Of a stretch of DNA of 64,000 nucleotides, positions 50,396 through 62,594 are shown one piece after another (position 1 is the stretch's first letter; each line of letters opens with the position of its first letter). The position numbers and the translations under genes were made by a program. The notes under the pieces were generated by a model. That model did no database searches. It was given only the letters and a program-made list of their open reading frames with translations, and was not told where the DNA came from. The DNA comes from an uncultured delta proteobacterium (lineage in GTDB: Bacteria; Myxococcota_A; Polyangia; Haliangiales; Haliangiaceae): assembly GCA_963848295.1 (NCBI GenBank), contig CAWKDB010000011.1, positions 128,001 to 192,000 of the forward strand. Reading direction: 5' to 3'.

Positions 50396-52633
50396 TCAGC
50401 TCCGATATCGCATCGACGCGAGCGAGCCCACGAGATCGCGCGCCGAGTCTCTCGAGTACCCGTACTTCGTGGTCAGTGTGACGAGCGCGGCCTCGGCGCG
50501 CGTCCGCGCGTCGGCGTTGAGGTGGCTCTCGTTACCCGCGAGCAACGACACGAGATCGGTGATGCCTTTGCCGATCACCTTCTTGTGCTTCTCGAAGTAC
50601 GCGTCGCGCAGCTTGCGCAGGATGTCCGCGAAGATGTCGTTGAGGACCGGCTTCTGGCCTTTGTGGTCGAGCGACCACGCGCCGATCTTCGCGATCAGCC
50701 CTTGGCGAAAGTCGTCGGCGCGACCGGCGAGATCGAGCGTGCGTTCGACCTCGCGCATCATCGCCTCGTCGGGGTCCTCCATCCTGCCGGTCTGCGCGTT
50801 GCGAACCTTCTCCTTCTTGATCGCGTGCATGACGTGCGTGACGTAGCGCTCGAACACGCGGCCGTACTCGCTCTCCTCGACCAGGCCGACCGAGGCGCGA
50901 ACTTCGTCGTCGATCCGATCGAACAGCTTGCCGCGCACGACGTCGAGCAGCTTGCGATGGTCGTGGTACCCGCCGGCCTGGACGTCTTGGCGCAGGAACT
51001 CGTAGATGCTGACCTGCTTCGTGAGCTCGTTCAGCTCGTCGAGCACGACGAGCGGCGACACGTAGGAGTAGCGCGTCGATCCGGCGGACGCGAGGAGCAC
51101 GGTCTGCATCTCGCGCGGCGAAGCGCCGACCCGGCCTTCGTAGATCGGGTAGGTGTCCGATTCGTGGAACAGCTCTTTGATCTGAGCGGTCAGCTCGCGC
51201 GCGCGATCCGGCGGCAAGTCCGCGGGCACGATCCCGCTCGAGTACAGCTCGACCTTCTCGAGCGGCGACAGCCTGCCGATCACCTCGGCGAGCGTCGACG
51301 GGAAGCGCTCGACCTGCGGCTTGCGCATGCGCGACAGCACCGCCCACAGCGCCGCGACGTACGCGGTGTGCGGCGCGATCTCGCGGCCACCGGCCGCCTC
51401 GCGCAGCCGCTCGGCGTAGAGCGCCTCTTCGTGGCGAACGTCGAGGATGAACGGCACGCGCACGAGCTCGATCCGACCCTTGAAGCTCTGAAAATCGGGG
51501 ATCTCGCGAAACGCCGACAGGTGGATGTCGTTGCAGCTGCCGAGGAAGACCAGATCCAGGAACAGCGTCGCGCTCGTCATCGACAGCTCGGCGCGCTCGA
51601 CCGTGGTCAGCAGATACTTGTAGTGCTCGAGCGGGCGCTTCAGCAGGTCGTCGAACTCGATCATGCCGCGATTCGCGCCGACCACCTCGCCGCCGTACTC
51701 GTGCAGCGACACCGACTGCAGCGACGGCGGCAGCGCATTGAGCGTGCGATCCGCGGTGATCTGGCGCTCGGTCGCGTCGACCGAGAGCTGCGGCTCGACC
51801 GTGACCCAGCCGGCGCGATAGCGGTGAGAGATCTCGAACCGCTCGATCCGGATGTGGCGCAGCACCTGGACGTAGTCACCCTGGTAGCTCGCGAGCAGCG
51901 CCTCGTAGATCGCCTTGTTGCGCGGCGACAGCGTGCCGTTGCGCAGGTAATCGCTGAGCTGGAGCTGCTTGCCCGCGAGCATCTTGTCGAGCAGCTTGTG
52001 GCGCTCCTCGAGTGGCACGAGCAACAGCGGGTGGTCGCGCAGCTCGTCGCCGAGCCTGGCGTCGATCATGTCGTCGGCGAGGTACGCGTAGGACTCGGCC
52101 GATTCGATCGCCGCCGCGTTGCCGCCGAATCCGATGCCGCCCTTCGTGCTCTTCGACGCCGGGAAGATCCAGCTGAACCGGTACAGCGCGCCCTGCTCGA
52201 GCGTCGAATAGTCCTCGAGCCCGCGGCCGAGGCAGCGAATGAACGTGGTCTTCGCCGAGCCGTTCGGGCCGTGCAGCAGGATCAGCTTGGTCGGCCGGCC
52301 GTCTTGCACGAACGTGCGCAGCACGTCGTAGACCTGGTTCTGGACCATCTCCTGGCCGAACAGGCGATCCTCGCCGTTCGCCCACGGCGCGTCGAACAGC
52401 GCGAACCGGCGGACGTCGCCCCACGGATACTTCACGGTCGTGGAGCCGTAGTGATCGAACGCATCGACGATGTACTGGGTCGACGACCTTAGCTGGCGCT
52501 CGGGCTGCGCGAACACGAGCGCGAGGTACTCGGTATACGACATCACCCGGCGATTGCGCGTGAAGTCCTCGCGCACGGCCTCGCCGAGCCCGACGAGCGA
52601 CTGCCTCACGATCGCAGGGATGTCGTCCGCCAT
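50396..52633 (-). CDS. prkA: PrkA/YeaG-family AAA serine protein kinase
   Basis: LHGPNGSAKTT, ANRGMIEFDDLLKRP, SFKGRIELV, GASPRE. Confidence 0.88.
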   Translation of the reverse strand: MADDIPAIVRQSLVGLGEAVREDFTRNRRVMSYTEYLALVFAQPERQLRSSTQYIVDAFDHYGSTTVKYPWGDVRRFALFDAPWANGEDRLFGQEMVQNQVYDVLRTFVQDGRPTKLILLHGPNGSAKTTFIRCLGRGLEDYSTLEQGALYRFSWIFPASKSTKGGIGFGGNAAAIESAESYAYLADDMIDARLGDELRDHPLLLVPLEERHKLLDKMLAGKQLQLSDYLRNGTLSPRNKAIYEALLASYQGDYVQVLRHIRIERFEISHRYRAGWVTVEPQLSVDATERQITADRTLNALPPSLQSVSLHEYGGEVVGANRGMIEFDDLLKRPLEHYKYLLTTVERAELSMTSATLFLDLVFLGSCNDIHLSAFREIPDFQSFKGRIELVRVPFILDVRHEEALYAERLREAAGGREIAPHTAYVAALWAVLSRMRKPQVERFPSTLAEVIGRLSPLEKVELYSSGIVPADLPPDRARELTAQIKELFHESDTYPIYEGRVGASPREMQTVLLASAGSTRYSYVSPLVVLDELNELTKQVSIYEFLRQDVQAGGYHDHRKLLDVVRGKLFDRIDDEVRASVGLVEESEYGRVFERYVTHVMHAIKKEKVRNAQTGRMEDPDEAMMREVERTLDLAGRADDFRQGLIAKIGAWSLDHKGQKPVLNDIFADILRKLRDAYFEKHKKVIGKGITDLVSLLAGNESHLNADARTRAEAALVTLTTKYGYSRDSARDLVGSLASMRYRS

Positions 52634-52646
52634 GGCCGCGACGCTA

Positions 52647-53189
52647 TCACTTTGCGGCGATGACGATCGTCACCGGCTGCCGCTTCGCGTGGCAGCTCTG
52701 CTCGTCGCACACGCCGAACTTGAACATGCCCTTGATCTCGAAGCTGCCGGCCTGCGCCGGCGTCGCCTTGACGTCGAACGCGAGCACCTGCTCGGTCAGC
52801 GTCGACGCGTCGCCCTGCGACTTGTCCCGGCCACCGGCGACGAGCTCGGCTTTCGCGAGCGTGATACCGGCCGGTGGCACCTCGAGCGTCAGCTTGATCG
52901 GGAAGTCGGTGTTGACGTGAAACCCGGTCGCCGGCGTGACCTTGAGCGACACCGTCGCTTCGGCGCCGGGCTTGACCTCGGCGGTCCCGATCTCGAGCGT
53001 GCCCTCGTCGGGATGGAGGTGGTTGCGTTCGTCGTCAGCGACCTTGACCGCTTTGTGATCGCCGGCGTTGGCCTGTACGCCCGCGGGCGACGGGTTAGCG
53101 GGGACCGGATCGGCGCTCGCCGCCGGCTTCGAGCATCCCGCCGCGAGAAACAGTGCGAACAGACCGTGGCGATACATGGGCGTGAGCAT
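52647..53189 (-). CDS. lipoprotein with DsbD-N-like Ig fold
   Basis: LAAGC lipobox; GFHVNTDFP; FGVCDEQSC. Confidence 0.7.
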   Translation of the reverse strand: MLTPMYRHGLFALFLAAGCSKPAASADPVPANPSPAGVQANAGDHKAVKVADDERNHLHPDEGTLEIGTAEVKPGAEATVSLKVTPATGFHVNTDFPIKLTLEVPPAGITLAKAELVAGGRDKSQGDASTLTEQVLAFDVKATPAQAGSFEIKGMFKFGVCDEQSCHAKRQPVTIVIAAK

Positions 53190-53278
53190 AGACGATCTCC
53201 GTTGCCTAGATAAGAAACGACGACGTGTGTGGGAGCGTGTGCCCCTATGAGATCGAGAACCGGCGGGGTACCCTCGTT

Positions 53279-54673
53279 ATGCCGGTGAGGAGAGCCCAAC
53301 AGCTCGGCCGTTACCACTTGCTCGATCGCATCGCGTTCGGTGGGATGGCCGAAATCTATCGCGCGAAGACCTTCGACGCGGAGGGACAACCCCACCTCGT
53401 CGCGGTCAAGCGCGTGCTCGCGCACCTCGCCGAGGACGACGACTTCATCCAGATGCTCGTCGACGAGGCGAAGATCGCGAGCGTGCTGCGCCACCAGAGC
53501 ATCGCGCGGGTCTACGAGTTCGCGCGCGCGCACGGCGAGTACTTCATCGCGATGGAGCATGTCGACGGCAAGGACATGCGCACGGTGCTCGAGCGCTGCC
53601 GGACGAAGAAGAAGCCGATCCCACCGGAGCACGCCGCGTACATCGCGGCCGAGGTCGGTTCGGCGCTGCACGCGGCGCACTCTGCGGTGGACTCGCGCGG
53701 CCGGCCGCTGCGCATCATCCACCGCGACGTGTCCCCATCGAACATCATCTGCAGCTATGCGGGCGAAGTGAAGCTGTGCGACTTCGGCATCGCGAAGGCC
53801 ACGCTGTCGCGCGTGCAGACCAAGACCGGCGTGATCAAAGGCAAGGTCAAGTACATGAGCCCCGAGCAAGCGCTCGGTCGCAAGCTCGATCACCGCAGCG
53901 ACGTGTTCTCGCTCGGCAGCTGCCTCTACGAGATGCTGACCCGGATCCCGCCGTTCACCGCGACGAACGAGATGGACCTGCTGATCAAGGTCCGCGACGC
54001 GAAGTACCGGCCGGTCAGCGAGGCGACGCCGGGGATCCCGCCCGAGCTCGAGGCGATCTGCGATCGCTGCCTGACGCGCAGCCGCGCGAGTCGTTATCAA
54101 ACTGCGGCCGATGCCGAAGGCGACCTGCGCGCGTTCCTGCGCAAGTTCATGCCGAACTATTCACGCAGCCACCTCGGCCGGTTCATCCGCAAGATGTTCG
54201 CGCAGGAGATCGAGCGCGAGCTGCGGATGCTCGAAGAGTTCGTGATGACCGACGACGTGTCCGACGACGTCGGCGAGAGCTTGATGGTGCGCGACGAAGA
54301 CTTCGAGCCGCCCGAGGTGCCGTTCCAGCCGAAGCCGACGTCGGTGTCGATCGCCGGGTTGCCGAGCGACTTCGACGGCGATTCGAACTTCACGACGATG
54401 CCGAAGGTGAGCCAGCAAGAGGATATTCACGTCCAACCGACGCAGATCCTCCCGGACGGCCCGCGCAGCCAGATGATGCGGGCGCAACCCGACCCGGTAT
54501 CCGACGCCGCGCCGCCGCCACCACCGCAGCGCGCGAAGTCGAAGACCACTCCGCCGCCGCGCAAGCCGCCGACCAAGCCGCCGCCGCGCGTGTTCGACGA
54601 GAAGCTGCACTCGGCGCCGACGATGATCATCGACATCGGGCGCATGCGGCAGCGCCAGCGCGGCGGGCGCTAG
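53279..54673 (+). CDS. Hanks-type Ser/Thr protein kinase
   Basis: GGMAEIY, VAVK, HRDVSPSN, DFGIAK, YMSPEQ, DVFSLG; Pro-rich tail. Confidence 0.97.
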   Translation: MPVRRAQQLGRYHLLDRIAFGGMAEIYRAKTFDAEGQPHLVAVKRVLAHLAEDDDFIQMLVDEAKIASVLRHQSIARVYEFARAHGEYFIAMEHVDGKDMRTVLERCRTKKKPIPPEHAAYIAAEVGSALHAAHSAVDSRGRPLRIIHRDVSPSNIICSYAGEVKLCDFGIAKATLSRVQTKTGVIKGKVKYMSPEQALGRKLDHRSDVFSLGSCLYEMLTRIPPFTATNEMDLLIKVRDAKYRPVSEATPGIPPELEAICDRCLTRSRASRYQTAADAEGDLRAFLRKFMPNYSRSHLGRFIRKMFAQEIERELRMLEEFVMTDDVSDDVGESLMVRDEDFEPPEVPFQPKPTSVSIAGLPSDFDGDSNFTTMPKVSQQEDIHVQPTQILPDGPRSQMMRAQPDPVSDAAPPPPPQRAKSKTTPPPRKPPTKPPPRVFDEKLHSAPTMIIDIGRMRQRQRGGR

Positions 54674-54772
54674 CTGCGCGGAGGAGCGGGAGGCCCGCGA
54701 GCCCGCGCTTTGGCATGAGACTGAAGCGGAGAGGTACGCGAAGCGCGCGCCCTGTTCGAGGTCGACGTCGCG

Positions 54773-57325
54773 CTAGCGGATGTCGATCGTCAGGCCGAGC
54801 ACTTCATCTCCGGGTCTGACCGTCGCGTGCACGCTGCCGCCTTCGTCACCGCGCGCTGCGAGCACCGATAGCTCGCCGGTCGGGCAGTCGTGGATCCGGA
54901 ACTCGCCGAGCGCATCGACGTCGGCTTCGACCGCGACGCCCGAGCCATCGGTCGCGCGGACCGTGACGTGAGCTCCGACCGCGCGCTGGCCGCGCGAGTC
55001 GCGCACCGTGCCGCCGACGAGCGCACCGCGCTGGAGGTCGATGCGGATGTCGCGCACGGTCGTCGCCCCGGGCGTTGTCGCCGCCGGCACGTCGACCGCG
55101 CGCGAGGCCGGCAAGTACCCGGGCAACGCGATCGACAGCTTCCACGCGCCGGCGCGCAGCGGGCCGAGCTTCCACCGGCCGTCCTTATCGCTCGACGCCT
55201 CGCTGGTCTGCCCGTTCGGGCCGCTCGCGGTGAGCGTCACGCTCGACACCGGCGCACCGGTGACCGCGTCGAGTAACACGCCTTCGACACCACCGCCGAG
55301 GGGCAGCTCGAGCCGAACGCGCTCGCCGGTGCCGGTCGTCGCGGTCGCCTCGAGCTCGACGGGCGGATAGCTGGGATGCTCGATCCGCACGCGCACGTGG
55401 CCCGCGGGCAACATGTCGATCGAGAACGTGCCGTCCGCGGCGGTGATCGCGCTGCGGCCTTCGTCCGAGCCGCCGAGCACTTCGATGTGGGCCGCGCCGA
55501 CCGGGACGCCGGTCGTATCGTCGACGCTGCCGGCCAGCACGGCGTCCGCGACCGCGAGCACGATGTCTTCGCGCTGCTCGCCCGCGAGCGAGCCGTGGTG
55601 CGCCGCGAGCTCGATCGGGCGCCGGGCGTCGACATGGCCGTACGCCGAAGCGCGGAGCTCGACCGCACCGCTGACCGGGCCGAGCCGGTACTCGCCGTCG
55701 GCGTCGCTGAAGCCGACCGCCGGCGCGCCGACCTCGGGTTGCGCCGAGACCTCGGCCCCGGTCACCGGCGCACCGTGCTGGTCGGTGACCTTGCCGATCA
55801 CGAAGACGCCGGACGACATCACGAGGTCGACGCCGGTGACGACCTGGCCCGCGTCCACCGTGACCGGCTTCGACCGCGCTTCGGCGAAGCCCGACGCTTG
55901 GGCGAGCACGGTGAGCTTGCCGTTCGGTGCGCCGCGAATGCGATAGCGCCCATCGGTGCCCGTCACCCAGATCGAGCCGCGCGGGTCATCGGGCAGCGGC
56001 GGCGGATCACCGAGTAGCCCGACCGCGCCGGCGCTCGCATCGATCGACGCCGGCAGCGCCGCCTGCACGCCGGGCGGGGGCAGCGGCGGAATCGGGCCGA
56101 CCATCACGCCGAGCTCGCCGCGCGCGATCAGCATCGGATCGGAGCCCGGGGCGGCGTCGGGCGCGACCGGAGCGGCGCTGCGTCCCGAGAACCGGCGCAG
56201 CCGATCGCGATCGACATCGGCGGACACTTCGGGCGCCGACTCGCCGCCGCCGAGCGCGCGCACGGTGGCACCCGCGATCGGCTGGCCTTCGGCGTCGAGC
56301 ACACGCCCTTCGATCGCGCCGCCGCGCGCGAGCTGGAGCTCCGCGATGCCGTGGCCGGCCTCGAGCTCGACGCCGCCCGCGCTCGTATAGCCGGGCGCGA
56401 ACCCATCCGCGATCCACTTGCCGGTCGGCACGCCTTCGATCTTGAACGCGCCGTCGGAGCCGCTGCGCGCGTAGCGCGGCGCCTGATCGTCACCGCTCGG
56501 TCGCAGCTCGATCGCGGCGGCGAGCCCGGTGCCCTCGTCGCGGTCGATCACGCGGCCGACGACGATCGTCGCGGCCTCGAGGTGGAGCTCGACCGGACCG
56601 AACGGCCCGGCGCCGAGCCGCGCGACCCGGATCGCCCGCGCCGCGAGCGAGCTCTGCCACGCGTAGACCTGATAGCGGCCTTCCGGCAGGTTCGGCGCAT
56701 GGAACGCCCCGGCGCCATCGGTCTTGATCTCGAAGGCGCCGCCGATCGCATCTCCGCGAATCCCGACCGTCGCGCCTGCGACCGGCTTCCCGCCGTCGGT
56801 CACCGTACCGTCGATCGCGATCTCGCGCGCGATCACGATCCGGGTCTCGTCCGATGGCACTGGCACGAACCGAACCTCGGCCGGCAATAGCCCTTCGCCT
56901 TTCACGCGCAGCCGGTAGCGGCCCGCGGCCAATCCTTCGAGCAAGAACCGGCCGTCAACCCCAGTCGCTTGCGCGACCGCCTCGGGAGCACTCGAGCCCG
57001 AGCCCGAGCCCGAGCCGGTCAACGCCCGATCGGCGACGCCTTTCTCCAGCTCCGCCGAGACCTGCGCGCCTTCTACCGGCAGCCCGGCGCCATCGACGAC
57101 GACGCCGGTCAGCCTGACGCCCTGGGCACCGAGCGGCCCGAGATGCGGCGGCTCGGGCACGGCGAGTAACCGACCGGCGTGGCGCGGCGCGGCGGCCGGC
57201 GGGGGCAAGACCGCGCCCGGCCCGTGGCTCGTCACCACGACGACGCCGAGGATCAGGCCGAGCACGATCCACGCGCCGACCACGATGCGCACGCGCGCTC
57301 TCGCCGACGTGTCCGTGCCCGACAT
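54773..57325 (-). CDS. membrane-anchored carboxypeptidase-regulatory-like (transthyretin-like) repeat protein
   Basis: Repeated G.V.D..G.PV.GA.V ... TD..G.F units. Confidence 0.88.
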   Translation of the reverse strand: MSGTDTSARARVRIVVGAWIVLGLILGVVVVTSHGPGAVLPPPAAAPRHAGRLLAVPEPPHLGPLGAQGVRLTGVVVDGAGLPVEGAQVSAELEKGVADRALTGSGSGSGSSAPEAVAQATGVDGRFLLEGLAAGRYRLRVKGEGLLPAEVRFVPVPSDETRIVIAREIAIDGTVTDGGKPVAGATVGIRGDAIGGAFEIKTDGAGAFHAPNLPEGRYQVYAWQSSLAARAIRVARLGAGPFGPVELHLEAATIVVGRVIDRDEGTGLAAAIELRPSGDDQAPRYARSGSDGAFKIEGVPTGKWIADGFAPGYTSAGGVELEAGHGIAELQLARGGAIEGRVLDAEGQPIAGATVRALGGGESAPEVSADVDRDRLRRFSGRSAAPVAPDAAPGSDPMLIARGELGVMVGPIPPLPPPGVQAALPASIDASAGAVGLLGDPPPLPDDPRGSIWVTGTDGRYRIRGAPNGKLTVLAQASGFAEARSKPVTVDAGQVVTGVDLVMSSGVFVIGKVTDQHGAPVTGAEVSAQPEVGAPAVGFSDADGEYRLGPVSGAVELRASAYGHVDARRPIELAAHHGSLAGEQREDIVLAVADAVLAGSVDDTTGVPVGAAHIEVLGGSDEGRSAITAADGTFSIDMLPAGHVRVRIEHPSYPPVELEATATTGTGERVRLELPLGGGVEGVLLDAVTGAPVSSVTLTASGPNGQTSEASSDKDGRWKLGPLRAGAWKLSIALPGYLPASRAVDVPAATTPGATTVRDIRIDLQRGALVGGTVRDSRGQRAVGAHVTVRATDGSGVAVEADVDALGEFRIHDCPTGELSVLAARGDEGGSVHATVRPGDEVLGLTIDIR

Positions 57326-57364
57326 CCCGCAACGATAGCGCGATCTGCGCTACCTTCCCGGCCG

Positions 57365-57829
57365 ATGGTGCCAGCCCTGTTCTCGAACCAGCGCGAGACA
57401 AATCTGCAATCGACCCTCGCGCTCGTCGAAGCGGTCCTCGGGGAGCTCGGTCACCCCGCCGCCGGCGCGCGGACCGAAGACAAGACGGCGCTGTACGCCT
57501 GGCGGTTCCGGCAGGGATCGGCCGCGATCTCGGTCGCGCTCGTCCACCGCACCGCGTTCACTCATCTCCGGGTCTCGGCGGTCGTGATGACGCTCGACCC
57601 CAAGGTCGATCGCGCGGCGCTGTTCGCGCACCTGCTGACCCGCAACGCCGAGCTCACCGGCGCCGCGTTCGCGCTCGACAACGACCGCGTGCTCCTGGTG
57701 TCGGAGCGCTCGACCCTCGACCTCGATCGCAGCGAGGTCACCGACCTGATCCGCCGCGTCGCCCAGTACGCCGACGATCACGACGACTTGCTCGTCGAGC
57801 GGTTCGGCGGAACGCTCGGCGCTACCTGA
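57365..57829 (+). CDS. YbjN/CesT-like (type III chaperone fold) protein
   Basis: WRFRQGSA..LLTRNA..GAAFAL..ADDHDDLLVERFG. Confidence 0.75.
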   Translation: MVPALFSNQRETNLQSTLALVEAVLGELGHPAAGARTEDKTALYAWRFRQGSAAISVALVHRTAFTHLRVSAVVMTLDPKVDRAALFAHLLTRNAELTGAAFALDNDRVLLVSERSTLDLDRSEVTDLIRRVAQYADDHDDLLVERFGGTLGAT

Positions 57830-58079
57830 GATCGCGACCGCGCGGACCCTCGTCGAGCGCGATCGAGGTCAGCGCGTTCGGACACAGCGTCAGCTCGTCG
57901 GCGGAGCGCACGACCCGGCCGTGCGAGTCGACGAGCTTCGCGTCGGACAGCACGATGAACTCGACCGGGCCGGCGCTCGGCTGGCACGACGCGAGGTAGC
58001 CGGTGACCTTCGCGCCGGTGTCGTACTCGATCGAAACGCGGTGACTGATCAGATCGTGGAGCTTCGCGTAGTTCGGCAT
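57822..58079 (-). CDS. small hypothetical protein with Sm/LSm-like pattern
   Basis: Helix LHDLISH then V.IEYDTG.KVTGYL...IVLSDA...LTLCPNALTSI. Confidence 0.65.
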   Translation of the reverse strand: MPNYAKLHDLISHRVSIEYDTGAKVTGYLASCQPSAGPVEFIVLSDAKLVDSHGRVVRSADELTLCPNALTSIALDEGPRGRDLR

Positions 58080-58100
58080 CCCGCGCGGCTATAACACAGA

Positions 58101-58439
58101 TCAATCGCCCCACGGATCGCCCGACGGCGGCACGTGCTCGTGCTCCGGCGCCGTCTCCGATTCGACCGTGAACCGGTAGTGGCCGTCGCGATCGAGCGTC
58201 ATGCCGAGCTCGGCCTGGTCGCCGTCGGCGAGCTCGAGGTGACAATGGAACTGCGCGCCGTCGACGCCGATCGGGACCTTGTCGTCGCAGCGCATCGTCC
58301 GCCACCCGTACGCCTGCTCCTGGGCGACGAGATCGGCGGCGATCACCGCGCCACTCGCGATCGTCGGCCGGCGCGCCACCTCGAACGCCGCGACCGCCGC
58401 GCCCGCGATCAACACGACGAGCCCGAGGCTGCGCAGCAC
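58101..58439 (-). CDS. small exported hypothetical protein (DUF4333-like)
   Basis: N-terminal TM helix; C..VPI...GAQFHC pattern. Confidence 0.55.
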   Translation of the reverse strand: MLRSLGLVVLIAGAAVAAFEVARRPTIASGAVIAADLVAQEQAYGWRTMRCDDKVPIGVDGAQFHCHLELADGDQAELGMTLDRDGHYRFTVESETAPEHEHVPPSGDPWGD

Positions 58440-58467
58440 GGAGCGATCATCTGCTACACAGGCGGAT

Positions 58468-60048
<1,581 letters not shown>

Positions 60049-60058
60049 GCCGCGCTCC

Positions 60059-60970
60059 CTAGTTCGTCGCGGTCGGCGGCGGGGTGACGCCGGCGTCGGG
60101 GGCGACGTCCGAGCCCGAACCGTCCGGTGGTGACGAGTCTTCGGTGTTGTCGTAGGTCTTCGCCTCCGGCATCGGAGCCGGCGCGGCGATCGCGATCGAC
60201 TTCACGCCTTCGAGCCGCTTGCGGCTGGCGACGGCTTCGCTCGAGCCGAGCACGCCGCCCTTCTCGAACGCGGTGCGCGCTTCGTCGAGCCGATCGAGCT
60301 GCTCGAGCGCGGTGCCGAGGTTGTTGAACATGTAGCCGGTCGCGCCCTTGCGGTTGGTCGCCTCGGTGAAGTGAATCACGGCTTCGTCATATTTCTTGAG
60401 CTGCATCTCGACCAGGCCGAGGTTGTTCCACGCCCACACGTTGTCGGCATTGACCTCGACCGCCTTCTCGAACGCGGTCTCGGCGCCGTCGTAGTTGAAC
60501 CGGTTCAGCTCGGCGCGGCCGAGCGTGTTCCACGCCAGGCTCGAGTCCGGCGCGAGCTTGACCGCCTTGTTCGCCGCCGCCATCGCGAGCCCGCGCTCGT
60601 GCATCGCGATGAACATGCGCGCGAGCTCGATGTGTGGCTCCGCGCGTCTCTTGTCGAGCTTGATCGCGGCCTCGAACATCTCGCGCGCGTTCGCGGTGTC
60701 GCCCTTGGCGGCGAGGTCCTTGCCCTGGGCGAGCGCATCGTCGAACTTCGTCGGCGCGACCGGCAGCACGGCGGGCGGGACGACCGCGACCGGAGCCGGC
60801 GTCGCCACCGGGGTCACCGTCGGCGTGGGCATCGGCAGCGTCAGCGCGCGAGTGAACGCCGGGTCTCCGTCGTCGCTCGCGATCGGCGACGCATCGCCAC
60901 CGCACGCGGGAACGAGAACCGGGACGAGGAACAGAGCGGAGAACAGGAACGAACGGACTTGCGGCTTCAT
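60059..60970 (-). CDS. TPR-repeat lipoprotein
   Basis: AWNTLG, AWNNLG and MFNNLG TPRs; LVPAC lipobox. Confidence 0.88.
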   Translation of the reverse strand: MKPQVRSFLFSALFLVPVLVPACGGDASPIASDDGDPAFTRALTLPMPTPTVTPVATPAPVAVVPPAVLPVAPTKFDDALAQGKDLAAKGDTANAREMFEAAIKLDKRRAEPHIELARMFIAMHERGLAMAAANKAVKLAPDSSLAWNTLGRAELNRFNYDGAETAFEKAVEVNADNVWAWNNLGLVEMQLKKYDEAVIHFTEATNRKGATGYMFNNLGTALEQLDRLDEARTAFEKGGVLGSSEAVASRKRLEGVKSIAIAAPAPMPEAKTYDNTEDSSPPDGSGSDVAPDAGVTPPPTATN

Positions 60971-61020
60971 AGAGATCCTTTTGGCGAGCCCTTGCACGGG
61001 CTCTTGCCGACGGGAGCTAC

Positions 61021-61036
61021 AGCACCGCTCGTGCCA
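61021..61036 (-). promoter_or_regulatory. putative sigma-54 (-24/-12) promoter
   Basis: TGGCACGAGCGGTGCT, close to consensus TGGCAC-N5-TTGC, ~50 nt upstream of the TPR lipoprotein. Confidence 0.6.
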
Positions 61037-61159
61037 TCGCTCGCGCGAGCCGCGACGCGAGCTTGTACTGCGATGTGGGTGCGCGGACACGCCTTCGTCG
61101 ACGGCGCGCGCCACAACGCCGGCGCGAATGACCCGCGCGACTCGCGCGTTGATGAGGAG

Positions 61160-61714
<555 letters not shown>

Positions 61715-61782
61715 GTGAGATGGTAGATCACCTCGCGACCGCACCGCTAGCAGAATTGCCCTGCCAGTGCGGTTGGATCGAT

Positions 61783-62496
61783 CTACGGGCCGGCGTGCGC
61801 GAAGATCGTGACGTCGGCTTCGAGCGACCCGGTAGGTACCGGACTGTCCTGGGAAACCGAGAGCGTCGAACCGACGATCACGTTGAACGGCGTCCGGTAC
61901 GTATTCATGATGTCCACGAGCGCTTGCTTGCCGGTCGCCGTGAACTCCATATCCGTCGCATCGACCGTCGTCATCGCGGCAACTGCTCCGATCGTTCCGA
62001 TCTGCTGCACCGCGGGATCTTCCGGGTCGGTGATCGACATCGGCGCGACGTAGACCTGGAGCGGCGGCGTGTCGACGTCGAGCGTGTTCGGCGTGACCGT
62101 GTACTGCACCGAGTCGACCGTCACCTTGATCACGGGCGCGTTGCTCAGCGTCGTAAGCTCGGGCGCATCCATCTGGAGATCGACCGGGGAGTAGACGCCG
62201 ACCCGCAACCCGAGGTCACAGGTGTGCGTCGTCGCATCGCACGAGCCGCTGCAGTTGGCGGCGCACGCCTGCATCGCAGCCGCTCCGCACACGGTCGGGG
62301 TGGCCTCGCAGCTCATCGCCAAGAACGTCGTCGCGGCCGCCTCGTTGACCTGCCAGCTCGACGCGTCGATCGTGAAGTGATTGTGGCCTACTTCGACGGC
62401 GACATCGGTCGAGCCCGAGTCGATCACGCCACACCCGGTTAAGAGCGCGGCGCCGAGGGGAATGAGGGCCCCGGCCCAGTAGCGAAAGCTAGTCAT
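61783..62496 (-). CDS. Cys-rich hypothetical lipoprotein
   Basis: LLTGC lipobox; Cys cluster. Confidence 0.7.
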   Translation of the reverse strand: MTSFRYWAGALIPLGAALLTGCGVIDSGSTDVAVEVGHNHFTIDASSWQVNEAAATTFLAMSCEATPTVCGAAAMQACAANCSGSCDATTHTCDLGLRVGVYSPVDLQMDAPELTTLSNAPVIKVTVDSVQYTVTPNTLDVDTPPLQVYVAPMSITDPEDPAVQQIGTIGAVAAMTTVDATDMEFTATGKQALVDIMNTYRTPFNVIVGSTLSVSQDSPVPTGSLEADVTIFAHAGP

Positions 62497-62594
62497 GAAA
62501 TGCCTCTCGAACGGACGAGGTAACGTTAGGCAGCAAGCATAGCATCGACGGGCGCCCCACCCTAGTTCCGTCGAATCAGCCGTGATGACGGCCA

